Source of the DNA: Octopus sinensis
Taxonomy: Eukaryota
NCBI RefSeq assembly: GCF_006345805.1
Contig: NC_043003.1
Span: forward strand, 18,538,001 to 18,602,000
Reading direction: 5' to 3'
DNA: 64,000 bases
Below, piece by piece: positions 12,747 through 26,045 of the stretch (positions are counted from its first letter, which is position 1; each line of letters opens with the position of its first letter). The notes under the pieces were generated by a model, which was not told the DNA's origin, did not search any database, and was given only the letters and a program-made list of their open reading frames with translations. The translations under genes were made by a program, and so were the position numbers.

Positions 12747-14162
12747 TACATACATACATATACAAATACATATATACCTTGACAAACATGCACACACACA
12801 CACATATATATATATATATACATACATACATACATAGAAAATAGAATTTCCTCCCATTTTGAAATATCCTAGAAGCTATTGGCATATTGTCTTGCACACA
12901 TATCCTACACAAACTAAAGTGAATTTGACATTAGAAGCCTATACATAATTGATAGCCATAAAACAGTGCCACACAGCAGCCTGCATACTACTGTCTCCAC
13001 AAGAGAAAGTATAAGAACAGAGCTGACAGTATCCAGTTTCAATAGACTGTAAAAATTCTGATATATTGGAATCAATGCTGTGTTGAAACAAGTCAACGCT
13101 TCATGAGGCCAAGCATACGAAGAATTAAATGCAGCTTATTGTTCAATTTTTTATCCACTTTTTTTTCCCCTCTCTGCCTAAGATAAATATGAGTAGCTCA
13201 AACAATATATCTTTATCCCCTAAGAGGGAATGCAGAAAAATACACATACGTTTGATTTTTAAATTGATTTTACAACTGAATTGTTATTGAAATTTGATCA
13301 CAGTTATTTTCTAAACAGTAAGATGAAAGAAGAACTATTTCAACCGAATCACACACACACTCACCAAATACACAAAAAGGAAACTGGACTCGGAAACTTA
13401 TAACAAATAACAAAACTAGCCATAAAGAAAATAAGACATTAATAATCTCAAATATTTCCAATATTAAAGGAATTATATACTAAGGTTTCCTACATTGAAA
13501 AGGGGAAAAAAAAGGCAGTTAATTTTTTTAAACCGATTCTATTGAAGAAACAAACAACTTGTTTGTGCTATGATTCCTAAACATACTCCTAGCAGAATTA
13601 CCTGCTGATGACAAATCAATAGCTAATAAAGCAACATGTAATTAGGTGATGATACACTGAAAAATTTGATGGCGGTGAAGGCGGGGAGGAAGGATCTACA
13701 CAGGAGTAATTGCAACATCAGCTTGTTGATTTTTTGATTTTTCATTTCTTTCATCTTATTTTTTTTTTCTTTTGATATTTTAGAAATTTGAAAATAAAAT
13801 AAACCAAAACAAAAGACAAAACAACTACATTAAAAATAATTTCTAGATTCCTGCTTAAGATGTGCATGTGTTCCATAAGAAAATGGAACAAGATGCAGTG
13901 CCAAAAGGGGAGAGAGAGAGAAAGAGAGAGAGCTGTGGAGGGAGGTAGAATACAGGTATTATCTATTCAGACTACAACTTCTCTGATATATGCCAAAATT
14001 AGTAGCTACCAAAAAGCTGATGTCTTGAAATCAATGTCAGATTTTACAAGCACGCACAACAAGGAAGGTGTTGTTTCAGCTTGAAGCACTGATGCAGATA
14101 TAACAGGAAGTCATTTTTCTTCCTTTGATTTAACTGAAAGGATGACGGTTTCATGTATGTAT

Positions 14163-14218
<56 letters not shown>

Positions 14219-15074
14219 ATATATGTGCACATACTATGTACAAAACAACAAAAATGGAACTAGTAATGATTTTTGAACACATCACTATCTCTGCATACAT
14301 GAAAATGAGCGAGTGTGCATCTACCTAATGCAGTAGTAAAAAAAATTGATTTGATAATTTATTATCGCAACAGGTTCTGTTTTAGAAATATTTAATCAAC
14401 TACAAGAGCTAGAGACAAAAAAAAAAAAAATCTCTACAAAAACTGATTCTATACCATGTAATAATGACAAAAAAAAAATTGCTCAAGAGAATTATTCCTC
14501 ATAAAAATTCTCACATATAATATAGAATTTAACACTCCCTAATAGCCATCCTTAAAACTTAACCATAAAACTGTCAGTTAAGTTAAACCTGCATCTGTTA
14601 AGCACAGTAAAATCTATTTAATAGTCTAATGTAAAGAAGAGATCATTAGTAATATTAAGTAAGTCAATACTCGCTCATCTGATAGCCTGATTCAAGCAAA
14701 GGAGAATTTCGCATAATACTGAAAAGAACACAACAACCACAAAAAAAACAAACAGTAAAGATATATATCTTCAATTATAAGAACAGTAAGAAAAAAAATC
14801 AGAGAAAAGAAAACCCAATATTAATAATTTTGTCCCTATGTTAAAAGCTCTGCCAGCAAGTAACGCTCCTTCACTGCATATCTGTATGTTCATACAGAAT
14901 TCACATACATATTGTTTTCATTACTTGCTGGGGCTGGAGGAAGGGACAGAGCTCATGACTCTAGCAGACCCATCAAGACTGGTGAAGTTGATGCCATTAA
15001 TGTTTTTCTTAAACCAATAACAACCAATTTGTGACCTGCAGCCACAGAGGCTTTCTGAATGGCAAGCCTGATCT

Positions 15075-15435
15075 TTTATCTTTCACTTGTTTTAGTCATT
15101 AGACTGTGGCCATGTTGGGGCACCACTTCGAATTTTTAGTCGAATGAATCAACTCCAGTACTTATCATTTTTTGTAAAGTCTAGTACTTATTCTGTCGGT
15201 CTCTTTTGCCGAACTGTTACATCACAGGGACGCAAACACACCAACACCGGTTATCAAACAGTGGTGGGAGACCAAAACACAAACACACGAATGACGTGCT
15301 TCTTTCAGTTTTCGCCTACCATATCCACTCACAAGGCTTTGGCTGTAGAAGACACTTTCCCAAGATACCATACAGTGAGACTGAACCTGGAACCATGTGG
15401 TTCGGAAGCAAGATTCTTATCACACAGTCACACTT
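15075..15435 (-). mobile_element. Family-C SINE; other copies at 27745-28087(+), 38665-39063(+), 8682-8833(-), 37860-38000(-), 53490-53657(-), 61940-62115(+), 62405-62630(+)
   Basis: Shared head and tail motifs with 32908-33310. Confidence 0.75.
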
Positions 15436-15499
15436 GATGAAAAATTACCTAGGATTGTTTTAGTAGTGCATCCCACCTGATGATAAGCTATGTCTTATG

Positions 15500-15790
15500 G
15501 TCTGCTTCTCAGAAAAGGTTTGTCATTGCCTGGTTTAAACTGTTAAACGCTTGCATGAAGGCATGAGTGGAGAAGAAATTCTAGAGAGCCATTGCTCTTG
15601 AGAAGAAGAATTGAGCAAAGAAGACAGGGTGGAGAATGGGGTAGGACACTATGAAGGTGATGAGAAGTGGAGAGATAAGTAGGTTAGAGGTAGCTGAGTG
15701 GTGGATCTAAAAGATTAGCTAGAGTCCTCACAGTCACTGGAAATGCTTAGACCTCATTATCATCAAGGAACTCTCCTAGCAGAAGCACAT
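15500..15790 (-). mobile_element. Highly decayed 3' end of a CR1-like LINE
   Basis: Frameshifted peptides LANLLDPPLSYL*PTYLSTSHHLHSVLP and FFFSRAMAL*NF resemble ELA.L.PPPL...RLS..H..SV and SFFPRT..LWN. Confidence 0.5.
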
Positions 15791-17150
15791 AAGCATTTTT
15801 ATCTAAGAGGTATGCGAATGGCACAGCAGCATTTGAAATATACAAGGGACCATAAATAATGACTACCCAGTGTTCCATGTACTTTAAAACTGAGTATGAA
15901 AAGATTTTAACAAAGAAAAATATCTACTGCATTACTATGAAGAATTAAAATTTAGAAGACTTTTTCAGTATAATATCGTTAATGAAAAAGAACGAAACAA
16001 AACAAAAAATGTTACTGAGTGCCAAAAGACAGTTCAGAGTCAGTAATTAGATCTAGTTTTCTGGAGTGGAACTGATTGAGAGACAAATAAATGAGAGACA
16101 TTCTGGATAGAATGTCATCAATAATATTTTTAAATAATCTGGCAGCTATATATATTCTTGACAGTTGAGGTGAACATACAATGAAATGCTGAAATCTTGA
16201 AATTGAACAAAATAGTAGTAGCAGCAGATTTGAACTCAAAACACTTCACCTTTAATGTAAGGAGAAAAACTGTCCTCTCTCTCCAACACACACACCAAAT
16301 ATTTCCAACTGTATTCTTTTATTTTCTTTACATTCAGTTTGTGGTACTTATTATATATCATAATATAATGGAACTTTGGAACAAGTCATGACTACTTTTT
16401 TACCAATTCTTGGAAATCCTAATTAATTTACATTTTAACACTTAACAAAAATATAAAGAATAAAAAAAACGACTTTAGTATATACTATATACACTATTGT
16501 ATTACCCATCAAAATAGTTGGTGCTTATTTCTGTCCCCTTCCAGTAATTCTTAATTTCTTTACAAGTCTTGCATTTTCTTCTTGTGTTTCGTTTTGTCTT
16601 CTTTCAGTTACTTTTTAAAGTTTTTTTTTTTTTACTTCCCCTCATTCTCCTCCAATACTCTTGCACATCCACATACTTCATTATTTCTGCTCTTCCTCCC
16701 TCTCTATCTCTCTCTAGACATATATTCCCCTCAATCTTTTTCTCTCAATAAAAATATGCCCACCTCTCTATCATTCTCTTGCCCTCTACTTTTATCATCT
16801 TACTTTACTAATTTCACCTCTCCAATGTATTTTTCTTTTTCCCATCTCTACTCTCTTACTCACAATATCTCTGTCTCCCACCCTTTTCTTTCATTCCTCT
16901 CTATAAGTTACTGTCTGCTCACATCATTGCCTGTCACACAAGCAACTGCTGAACACCGAGTTTTTACCAACCTCTTTCTCTCTCAACCTACTCTATCTTT
17001 CTATCTAATCTAACTCTCTTCATTATACTATCATTCTTTTTTTTCACCTCTTTCAGTACATCCACTGCTTTCCCTTCTAGCATGACAGAAAAAAAAAGAA
17101 CACAAAATAAAAAACTGACATGTGACTTGATATTTTACACACACACACAC

Positions 17151-17181
<31 letters not shown>

Positions 17182-17672
17182 CATGCTTATTTTCTAATGA
17201 ATGTCTTCTATAAAATGAGGATGAAATAACTTATAGTAAAATGCCAAATGACAATACTGCCCAAGTTTATCCACAAACTGTTGCTACTGTGCCATCCATA
17301 TAGATTATATTTCAAATACCCTAAACTATTCTCTATTATTGCAATTTTCAGATTAAGCCTTTTACAATACAAGAAAAATAAGACCTGAGTATGTAAAAAA
17401 AAAATGTACCTTAGCCAAATAAATTTTTATTAGGAGAAATATATAATAAAGGCCTGATGACTATAAAGACAGTCATAATGATTATCAGAACTAAGTAAAA
17501 ATGAATTATACCTCTAATATTATATGTCCTTTTCCATTTATAAAGTTAACTTCTATTTAGGAGCGGAGGGTAGAAATGTATAAGGAAATTGTGTGTGTGT
17601 GTGTATACACAGAGGAGATAGGTAGGAGCAAATCACATGACAGAGAGGTGGGGGAGAAAACAAAAATCTTAC

Positions 17673-17699
17673 TTTCTGAACTTTAATTAGCTGAAAAGA
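17673..17699 (-). CDS. Candidate 18/27-nt microexon of liprin-alpha: (SFQ)LIKVQK
   Basis: Pyrimidine tract ttgctcttttcttttgcactctatgttctataaccctgcag, two in-frame acceptors 9 nt apart, donor AAA|gtaaga, phase 0 to 0. Confidence 0.4.
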
Positions 17700-18064
17700 C
17701 TGCAGGGTTATAGAACATAGAGTGCAAAAGAAAAGAGCAAATGGAAATGCGGTTCTATGTTGCAATAATTAAGGGAAATGGATAAGCTAAATGGAAGAAA
17801 GAAATTATAGATACAATTAAAGGAAAGAGGAAAAAATATTTGGTTAAGTATTTGTTTTGTTTTTTAATAGGAAAGAAACAAGTAGTAGCCTACATAGCAA
17901 TATAAATAATTGATGTGTACAAATAAGGAAAAAGGATTTCTTACACAACACTAAAAATGAACATTCTATAAGACAATTAAAAAGAAGGTAATATTCAGAT
18001 TATTTTTCATTTAATACAATCATTGAAAATGAATACAAAAAGCAATAACTACTACCATTACCAT

Positions 18065-18480
18065 CTTCATCATCATCATCATCATCATCAATATAACTAT
18101 TACATACTATGTTAGTCAGCAGGAATGTTGTATTGAGGTTTGGTGACAAGTCTCCTCAAATGTCAAGTATCTTTCTTAGGGACTCCTGCAGGATACGAGA
18201 TTGCATTTTTCTGCAAGATCACAATGTATGTCTCGACTGCAATGTCCTTCAATGCCTTAGGTAACAGTTTGGATGTTGTGCCAAATGCAACAATTACCAC
18301 AGGAATATTTACCATCTTAGTCTTCCACAGTCTCTTCTTCTTTATGCCTAGATTCTGATATTTCTCAATTTCTTTGATATCCTCTGATATTGCAAAATCT
18401 ACGACCTTACGCTGTTTCTTTAGTAATAACAACACAGGCCCAAATACACTCTTCCTATCTGGCGGGAAAGCTATGGGTGA
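18065..18480 (-). mobile_element. Decayed 3' end of an R4/Dong-like non-LTR retrotransposon (restriction-like endonuclease domain)
   Basis: Peptide VVDFAISED-IKEIEKYQNL..KRLWKTK..IPVVI.AFG...LQK, frameshifted into RILQESLRKILDI*, then a (TGA)n tail. Matches the RLE C-terminus pattern D.AIP.D...EK..KYQDL...RLW....PVVIGALG...LQK...ARILRKVL. Confidence 0.8.
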
Positions 18481-18999
18481 TTAAATCAACAGCAGCACCG
18501 CATAAATAATACTCATTTTGTCAACTTCTTCACGATATGAAGTTCTCTGAAGTTCTTTAACTCTACACTGATTCTGTTTGCCATCCATAATAATAATAAT
18601 AATGGTTTTAAATCTTGCCACAAGGACAACAATTTTGGGGGGAGGGGATGAGTCAATTATATCGACCCCAGTATTCAACTGGTACTTATGATGATGGACT
18701 CTCCTGTCAAAGATCACATATGAGTGTTCAGCTTCTGCTGATCGATCTGCACAAATGATTTGTTTATAATGAATCAAATGTTTGTGCCGCACATTAGCTC
18801 ACTCGCTCCATCAAATTAACATTGTCTGAACAGGTGCATGGTGCACCATGCATCAGGTGTCAAAGTGACTGCAGAGCAATGTGAGATGAAGTGTTTTGCT
18901 CAAAAACACAATGCACCACCCGGTCTAGGAATTGAAACCACAATCTCACAATCGTGAGTGCATCACCCAAATCACCAGGCCATGCAGCCTCACTAATAA

Positions 19000-19375
19000 T
19001 AATATTAATGATGATAATAATCCTTTCTACTATAAGCACAAAGCCTGAAATTTTGGGGCAGGGGTTAAGTTGACTACATCGACCCCAGTACTTAACTGGT
19101 AATTATTTCATTGACCCCCAAAAGAATGAAAGGCAAAGTCAATCTTGGTGGAATTTGAACCCAGAATGTAAAGAACCAGAAGAAACACCATCTTGTCTGA
19201 TGCACTGACAATTCTGACAGTTTGTCACCTTAAATATTCTTCAAATTTTGGAACTTGGCCAACAAATATAGAGAAAGGGCTAATTCATTATATTGAACCC
19301 ATTACCTGGCTTACTATATTTTATCAATCCCTAGAGGGATGAAAGGCAAAGCTGACCTTGTTAGGATTTGAACAA
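19000..19375 (-). mobile_element. Family-A SINEs (one full, one partial)
   Basis: taatcctttctactataagcacaaagcc...gaatttgaaccc unit. Confidence 0.75.
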
Positions 19376-19659
19376 TTACAATATATAATAGTGAGGTTAC
19401 AGTTAGCTTTTGGTGATGAACAGTTAGTGCTAGAGGTGGCAAGGAAAGAGGAGAAGAGAAAGAAAATCCCATTAACCAAAATAGCAAAATATAATTTAGA
19501 AAAGATATTTAGAATGAACCATAGCACAATATTCATAGGCAATAAAAGTCTACATAAACCTGGGTATCTTTTCACAGAATCATACACACCCTGTATCTAT
19601 ACACACACACACACAGCAGTCATGCACTGTTTACTATACTCAGGTTGCATCTCAATGGT

Positions 19660-19850
19660 CAGTTGAGCAGATAGAAATAACAGCTAAATCTTGCTCAAAA
19701 CAGACATGTCAGACAATTAGGTCTAAGGATTCCTTGCATATAGGAAAAAAATGAGAGAAAAAAAACAACAAAATAGATGGGTTGGTCACAGCTGGAATAC
19801 TTTTGATCATAGATCTGCTTGGACCTATGGCTGAACAACACCAAATTTTT
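19660..19850 (-). repeat. Dispersed repeat family G; related copies at about 43200-43380(+) and 58790-58920(+)
   Basis: Shared ttccagctgtgacc and gagggagattt..ctgctatttcta motifs. Confidence 0.5.
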
Positions 19851-21601
19851 GACATGTGTCATACATACAAATACACACAAAATTCATAATATAAAGCAAA
19901 AATGAGCAATTATGTTAGGCCCATTCTAAATTGTTAGTCGCTCAAAGAGAGAAAGTTTCCAGAGGCTGAAGCAGCAATTCATGTAAAAAGCTTAGTCATA
20001 TACATACATACATACATACATACATACATACATTACATTACATACATATACACACTTATATACATACACATATATATATTAGTAACGGGCAGGACTAAGA
20101 CTTTTAGTTACAGTGAATGAAGCATGCAATATTTGTTCTGAGAAAAATAATAGAAGAAAAGAAAACCGCACAAAGGTGGGACAAAAAAATGAAACAGTAA
20201 GTTTACTTTTCAATTTTGAACCACATCTAAAAAAACATAAGTGACATCATGATAAAAAAAAAGAGGAAAACATATATACATAACGAAACAAAAAACAAAA
20301 TGTTAGCATTGTCAACAATGACAAATTACATTAAATAAATATATACAAAGTCATCAGTCATACGTATTACACAATTATGTATACATACAACCACATACAC
20401 ACACATATATATATTGTGTGTGTACGTGTACACATGAATGAGTAGATCAACAAAAGAAAGTGGCACCCAACACTTTTGGCAGCAGTTATATATATTTTTA
20501 ATAGCAGTTTGACTCAGCTCTGTGTGACAAAGTTTCAAGGGTGTGTAGGACGTGTCCATGACATGGGATATTAGAAAAAGATGACGAATATGATGAAATG
20601 AGATGCAATCTACATGCCCGTGAAACTTTAAGTCATATGGAGCTGAATCAAACTGTTACTAAAATATATATATGTATATATGAACAATTTTTAAAGTATT
20701 ACATGATAGCTAGCTGCCTTCATATCAAATAACTCCCAAACTTGTCCGTAGATAATTTTTCCTTGACCGAAAAAAAAAGAAAAGAAAATCACCCACTTTA
20801 CCAAAGTTTACCTGTTGTTTTCATGTTTCATGTGAAAAGCAAAAAGAGCCGACACCCAAAAGAAAAAAGGGAGAATGGAAAAATTGATTGAAGTAAAATA
20901 AGAAGCATTTATTTGTAAATGTGTTTTTTTTTTTTAAAAATTAAAGATTTCTGGATAATCCCTGCAAATTGTCACCTTCCATCTATTTGTTTCTTTGTAA
21001 CCAACAGACATTAGAATAAAGGAAACAGCTTAGGGGAGAGAGAGAGAGAGAGAGAGAGATAGGAAGAGAGATAGATAGAGAGGGAGAGAGAGAGAGAGAG
21101 AGAGCAAGAGAGAGGGTGGGGTAAGATAGTCAGGAACTAAGCATATTACCTAGAAGGTATAAACTTTGTTTGGTACCTAATGAATGAAGAAGGTGGGAAA
21201 CAATATAATCATTAATAACCTGTTTTTAACAGTGGAGCTCAAAGTAGATAGAGCTACGAATAATACTTTGTAAATATTGGGTAGAAACTCCCTTTGGATA
21301 GAAAAAGTTGAAGGTTGCCCATGGGACTTGAACCCACATCTTCTGTTAAACATGGAAGATATTCTACTATTGTACTCAAGCAATCCTCCAAATTTCTCAA
21401 TCCATTTTAGAAGAATTCTTCATTGTTTATGCCATAAGAATTTAGAAACATCAAGAGATGTAAAATAATTTGTTTTAATGGTGGAGCTTGAAGTAGATAA
21501 GGCTATAAATAATAGCATATAAATATTAGGATTAAAAAAACCTTTAGATGGAAAAAAAATCAAAAGCTGATCATCTCACTTAGTTTCTAAATACTTATGA
21601 C

Positions 21602-21632
<31 letters not shown>

Positions 21633-24600
21633 CTGTTGTTTATGAGTGGAAAAAAATTATGATTAGTGTTGAATTAAAAATCAAATCAAAAAAATACAGA
21701 AGATATTTTGATGGTGATGTAATTGCAAAAACAAAAATAAATTTCTCTTTAGAACTGTGTACTAGAGTGCCACAGGAAACATAATGGTATGGCCTGCAGC
21801 TAGCTAGGTGGTATGTAGATACACTGAAGCAAGAAACGATAATGAGCTGAAAATCTTTGATTAATGGCAGTATTAATGAATAAACCAAAAAGAAAGAGCG
21901 GGGAGGCCCCAAAACACAAAGAATCTCTTTGATCGAAGTTAGATAATCTATTATCATAATCAATCACATTAAATCTAAACAGGATTTATATAATGAATCC
22001 TAGGTCTATTCCCTAACTTGCATACATCATGTTTGCTTTGTAGTTTTAAACTGAAGGTGTGTACATGAGAGAGAGAGAGAATAAAGGTTAATTTTTGGAG
22101 CTAAATTTGAAGAATGAGATAGTCCTACATGGCGACTGATGAGTGACAGGCCAAGAGGATTAAGACGAAGAAGATTTCCTTTGTCGAAGCGAAACGTCTG
22201 ACAAGCTTCATGAGCAGTAAACTATTTTGGTTTTTATTTGCAACCACCACTACGCATGGAAAAAAGGTTGCACAAAATATCACGAGATATTTTGAGAAAA
22301 TAGAGAAAAGGGTGCTTAAAAGTAGAAAGACACAAAATGTTGAGAGAAGTTTTGAAAATTAAGATAAGAGAAAGCAAATGGGTTGCCAGTCATAAAAAAC
22401 ATATTTATCAGGCAATTTTTCTAGCTTTTATCTCTTAAACTAAATTAATAAATGAAAGCCATTTTCAAGGAATGGTAGTGAATACAAATTAAGAAGTAGA
22501 TGAGATTGGGTGTTAAATGTTATTGTTTTATCAAGTTTATGCTTCCATATTTTATTGAAGGTCTCCCACAGTTAAAAGCAGCTACTTTCTTCTAACATTG
22601 GTGCATATACACACATAAAGAGAAAATATTTAACTGTGATGAAATTAAATACATACATACATGTGTGTATGTATATGTATATACAGGTGTATGTGTGCGT
22701 GTGTGTGTATCTATGCGTGGCTTAATGGTAAGGGACATTTGGCTTCCAATCATAAGGTTGAGAGTTCAATCCCTACCAGCATGTTGTGTTCTTTGGCAAG
22801 GAACTTTAATTCACATTGGTCCAGTGCACTTAGCTAGCAAAAATGAGCTGTACCTGTACTTCAAAAGACCAGCCTTATCACATTCTGTGTTGTGCTGAAT
22901 CTCCCTGAGAACTACATTGAGGGTATGCAGGACCGTGGAGTGCTCAGCCACTTCCACGCTAATTTTACAAGCAAGCTATTTTGTTGATCAGATCTACCAG
23001 AACACTCCTTGTCATAACCAGTATAGTATGTGTATATGTATGTATATATATATGCCTCGTCTGGCACCTGTGTCGGTGGCACATAAAAAGCACTCACTAC
23101 ACTCACGGAGTGGTTGGCGTTAGGAAGGGCATCCAGCTGTAGAAACACCGCCAGATCTGACTGGCCTGGTGCAGCCTTTGGGCTTCCCAGACTTCAGTTG
23201 AACCGTCCAACCCATGCTAGCATGGAAAGCAGACGTTAAACGATGATGATGATATATATTTTCTATGGCTGAATGCCTTTCCTGTCGCCAACGCTCACCA
23301 GTTTCCATGAAAGGTAATGTTTCCTCATGCCAAGACGTGTTCTTGCAGAATACTGGAAATGAACAACACTGCATGTATAACAGTGACACTCACTTACCAT
23401 GCAATGTCAAGACAAAGAGATAGGTGTGTGTGGAGGTGTATTTCAATTAACATCTGTACATACAATATCTATTTTGTTTGGTTCAGATTATTACTCGATC
23501 TCTATTCTGGAGGTAATACTAGTTACAGATTTCAATGTTTCTTTTTGAGTAGAGAGTTAGTTTTACAACTTTTTAACTTAAAACTAAATGGAATTTAAAA
23601 CCTGATGTCAAAAAACACTAATATAGCTTGAGTATAAGACACTGTGTTAATTCACTCCACTTTCGTGTTTATAACACAAAGGGTAGCAGCTATTTCAGAC
23701 TTTCAACCACGACAGCATAACAAAGAAAATCTTATATAAAGCTGTCAACACTTATTGTAGCTCAAAGCACAATTACAAAACAGAGTGGACAAAAATGAAA
23801 AATAAATATCGAAAATCTTGTCAATGGTGTCTCTCCAGATGGTATCAGAGAAATTACTGATAAGAACAATAACAATAGAAACTAATTAGATTAAATTAAG
23901 AAAATTAAGAAGAAAAAAATCAGTTAGATAGATATTTGGTTAGAAGGGAAATAAAGAAATTCGGATGGAATGGTACATATCAAAAAGGAAAATAAACATA
24001 ATTTTGAAAAAATTACAATATTAATTGGTGAAAAACTGGAAATGTCAGGTATGAACTATTGCATGGCGTGAAAAAAACAAAAAAAGTAAAAGCAATAAGA
24101 AGAATGATTTTAACAACGATAATCATAATAAACATAATATCCTGTTGATCAGAAGTTAGTTGTACTGATTATTAGAAACCAAGAGAATGTTATAGTAATA
24201 ATAATTCAAAGAAAGGAGAAAAGTTTGAGATAATGAAAATCTATGTCATGATAATGCTGTGTTCCTATTGATTTATCTGAAAAGGTAACAGTAATTATTG
24301 AAATTAAAAGACTGCAGCAATTTTGGTGGTGGTGGTCTTTTTAATTTATTTTTGATAAATATTAAATGCAATACCACTAAAAGAAAAAAAAAGGAAAAAT
24401 AATTGATTATTAATTTGTAGTTTATATAACATCAGTGAACGATATCTTTCAAAATAAGTAAAATCATTTCAAAATTTATTTATAGGCCTAAGCACCTAGG
24501 CAGGTAGGTACGTAAGAGTGTGTGTGTGTGTGCATTCCTCTTCTCAATAATTCAGGTGTGCGAGGTTCGAGCAACGGGTAGTATCTGTTTAACAGGGAAC

Positions 24601-25624
24601 TTAAAACAAAATTTAAACATCACTTTGTGTGTATGTGTAGTTGATTAAATTAGTCCCAAATCCTGGCACATAACTGTACATCTTTATTGAAGCCCCTGGG
24701 AGGAAGAATGACAAACACAGCCCCAGCAAGATTTTGCGGATGCAAAAGAGACAAAGCAACATAATGATTTCTAACATAGGAGAGCACCAAGCCCTTAGTT
24801 TAATATAATTGATCCAACCCTTCTCCCCACAAACTTTATTGGTATTTGTTGCCAGTGCTGCCGGCGAGGTCGTTGCCAGTGCTGCCGGACTGGCTCCTGT
24901 GCAGGTGACACATACAAAGCACCATTTGAGCGTGACCGTTACCAGTACTGCCTGACTAGCCCTCATGCCAGTGGCACGTAAAAGCACCCACTACACTCTC
25001 GGAGTGGTTGGCGTTAGGAAGGGCATCCAGCTGTAGAAACTCTGCCAGATCAGATTGGATTCTGGTGGGGCCATCTGGCTTGCCAGTCCTCAGTCAAACC
25101 ATCCAACCCATGCCAGCATGGAAAGCGGATGTTAAACGATGATGATGATGATGAATTCATGAATCCAAAAGGCTGCTAAGCAAAAGCAATAACAGCGTGA
25201 TATAAACTCAGAACATAAAGAAAGGCAGCTAAATAGCACATAATATTTTTTTTTACTATTGATCTACCAATTCTGCAAAGCCAACACTGTTTTAAATATT
25301 CTACCAGTACTTGATTGGTATGAAGGCACATGGGTTAGTGGTTTAGGGTATTTAGCTCACAATCATAAGGGTGTGTGTTCGATACCGGGCAGCACATCGT
25401 GTCTTTCAGCAAGATACTTTATTTCATATTACTCCAATCCACTCAACTGCGAAAAATGAGTAGTAACTGCATTTCAAAGGGCCAATGTTACAATGTCACA
25501 GTGTGTATCACACTGAATCTCCCTGAGAGCTATGTTAAATTTATGTGTGTCTGTGGAGTACTCAGCCACTTGCACATTAATTTCGAGAGCTGGCTGTTCT
25601 GTTGATTGGATCGACACTTGTCAT

Positions 25625-26045
25625 AACCAATGGAGTGCCAGTACTTGATTGGTACTTTATTAAGGCCAGAGGGACAACAGACAAAGTTAATCTCTGTAGT
25701 ATTTGAACTCAGAATATAAAAAAAAACTGGAACAAATAATGCAAGGGCTGGAAGAAATGCAGTTAAGCGTTTTGTGCAATGTGGTAAGCATTCTGGCACC
25801 TCACTGCCTTAAAAATAATTGTTTCAATTTTGGCACAATGCCAGCAATTTTAGGGGGAATAGGAGAGTCAATTACATCAACCCAGTACATGATTGGTATT
25901 CAGTTTTATCAACAGTGAAATGGTGAAATGCTAACTCCAGAAGAATTTGAACTCAGAACGTATTGATTAGAGGAAATTTCACTAAGCATACTGTCTGATG
26001 CTCTTATGACTATGCCAGGTTGCCACCTTAATAATAATTAATAAT
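25625..26045 (-). mobile_element. Two family-A SINEs
   Basis: Degenerate family-A units with tttgaactcagaa B-box complement. Confidence 0.7.

Noticed and set aside
12579-12912. Overlapping YI/CV/HT-rich ORFs (also 26388-26679, 36318-36665, 39007-39227, 44827-45545)
   Set aside because: Dinucleotide microsatellite translations.
13365-13415. Perfect donor TTG|gtgagt with several upstream acceptors
   Set aside because: The donor is formed at the edge of a (GT)n tract. The 51-nt option has a stop, the 19- and 32-nt options shift the frame, and the 24-nt option needs a poor GAG acceptor.
16569-17013. 143-aa S/L/F-rich ORF
   Set aside because: Low-complexity pyrimidine-rich strand bias, not protein-like.
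21215-21560. Diverged direct repeat of about 85 bp at about 250-bp spacing
   Set aside because: Old local duplication or internal repeat of an unidentified transposon; no functional clue.
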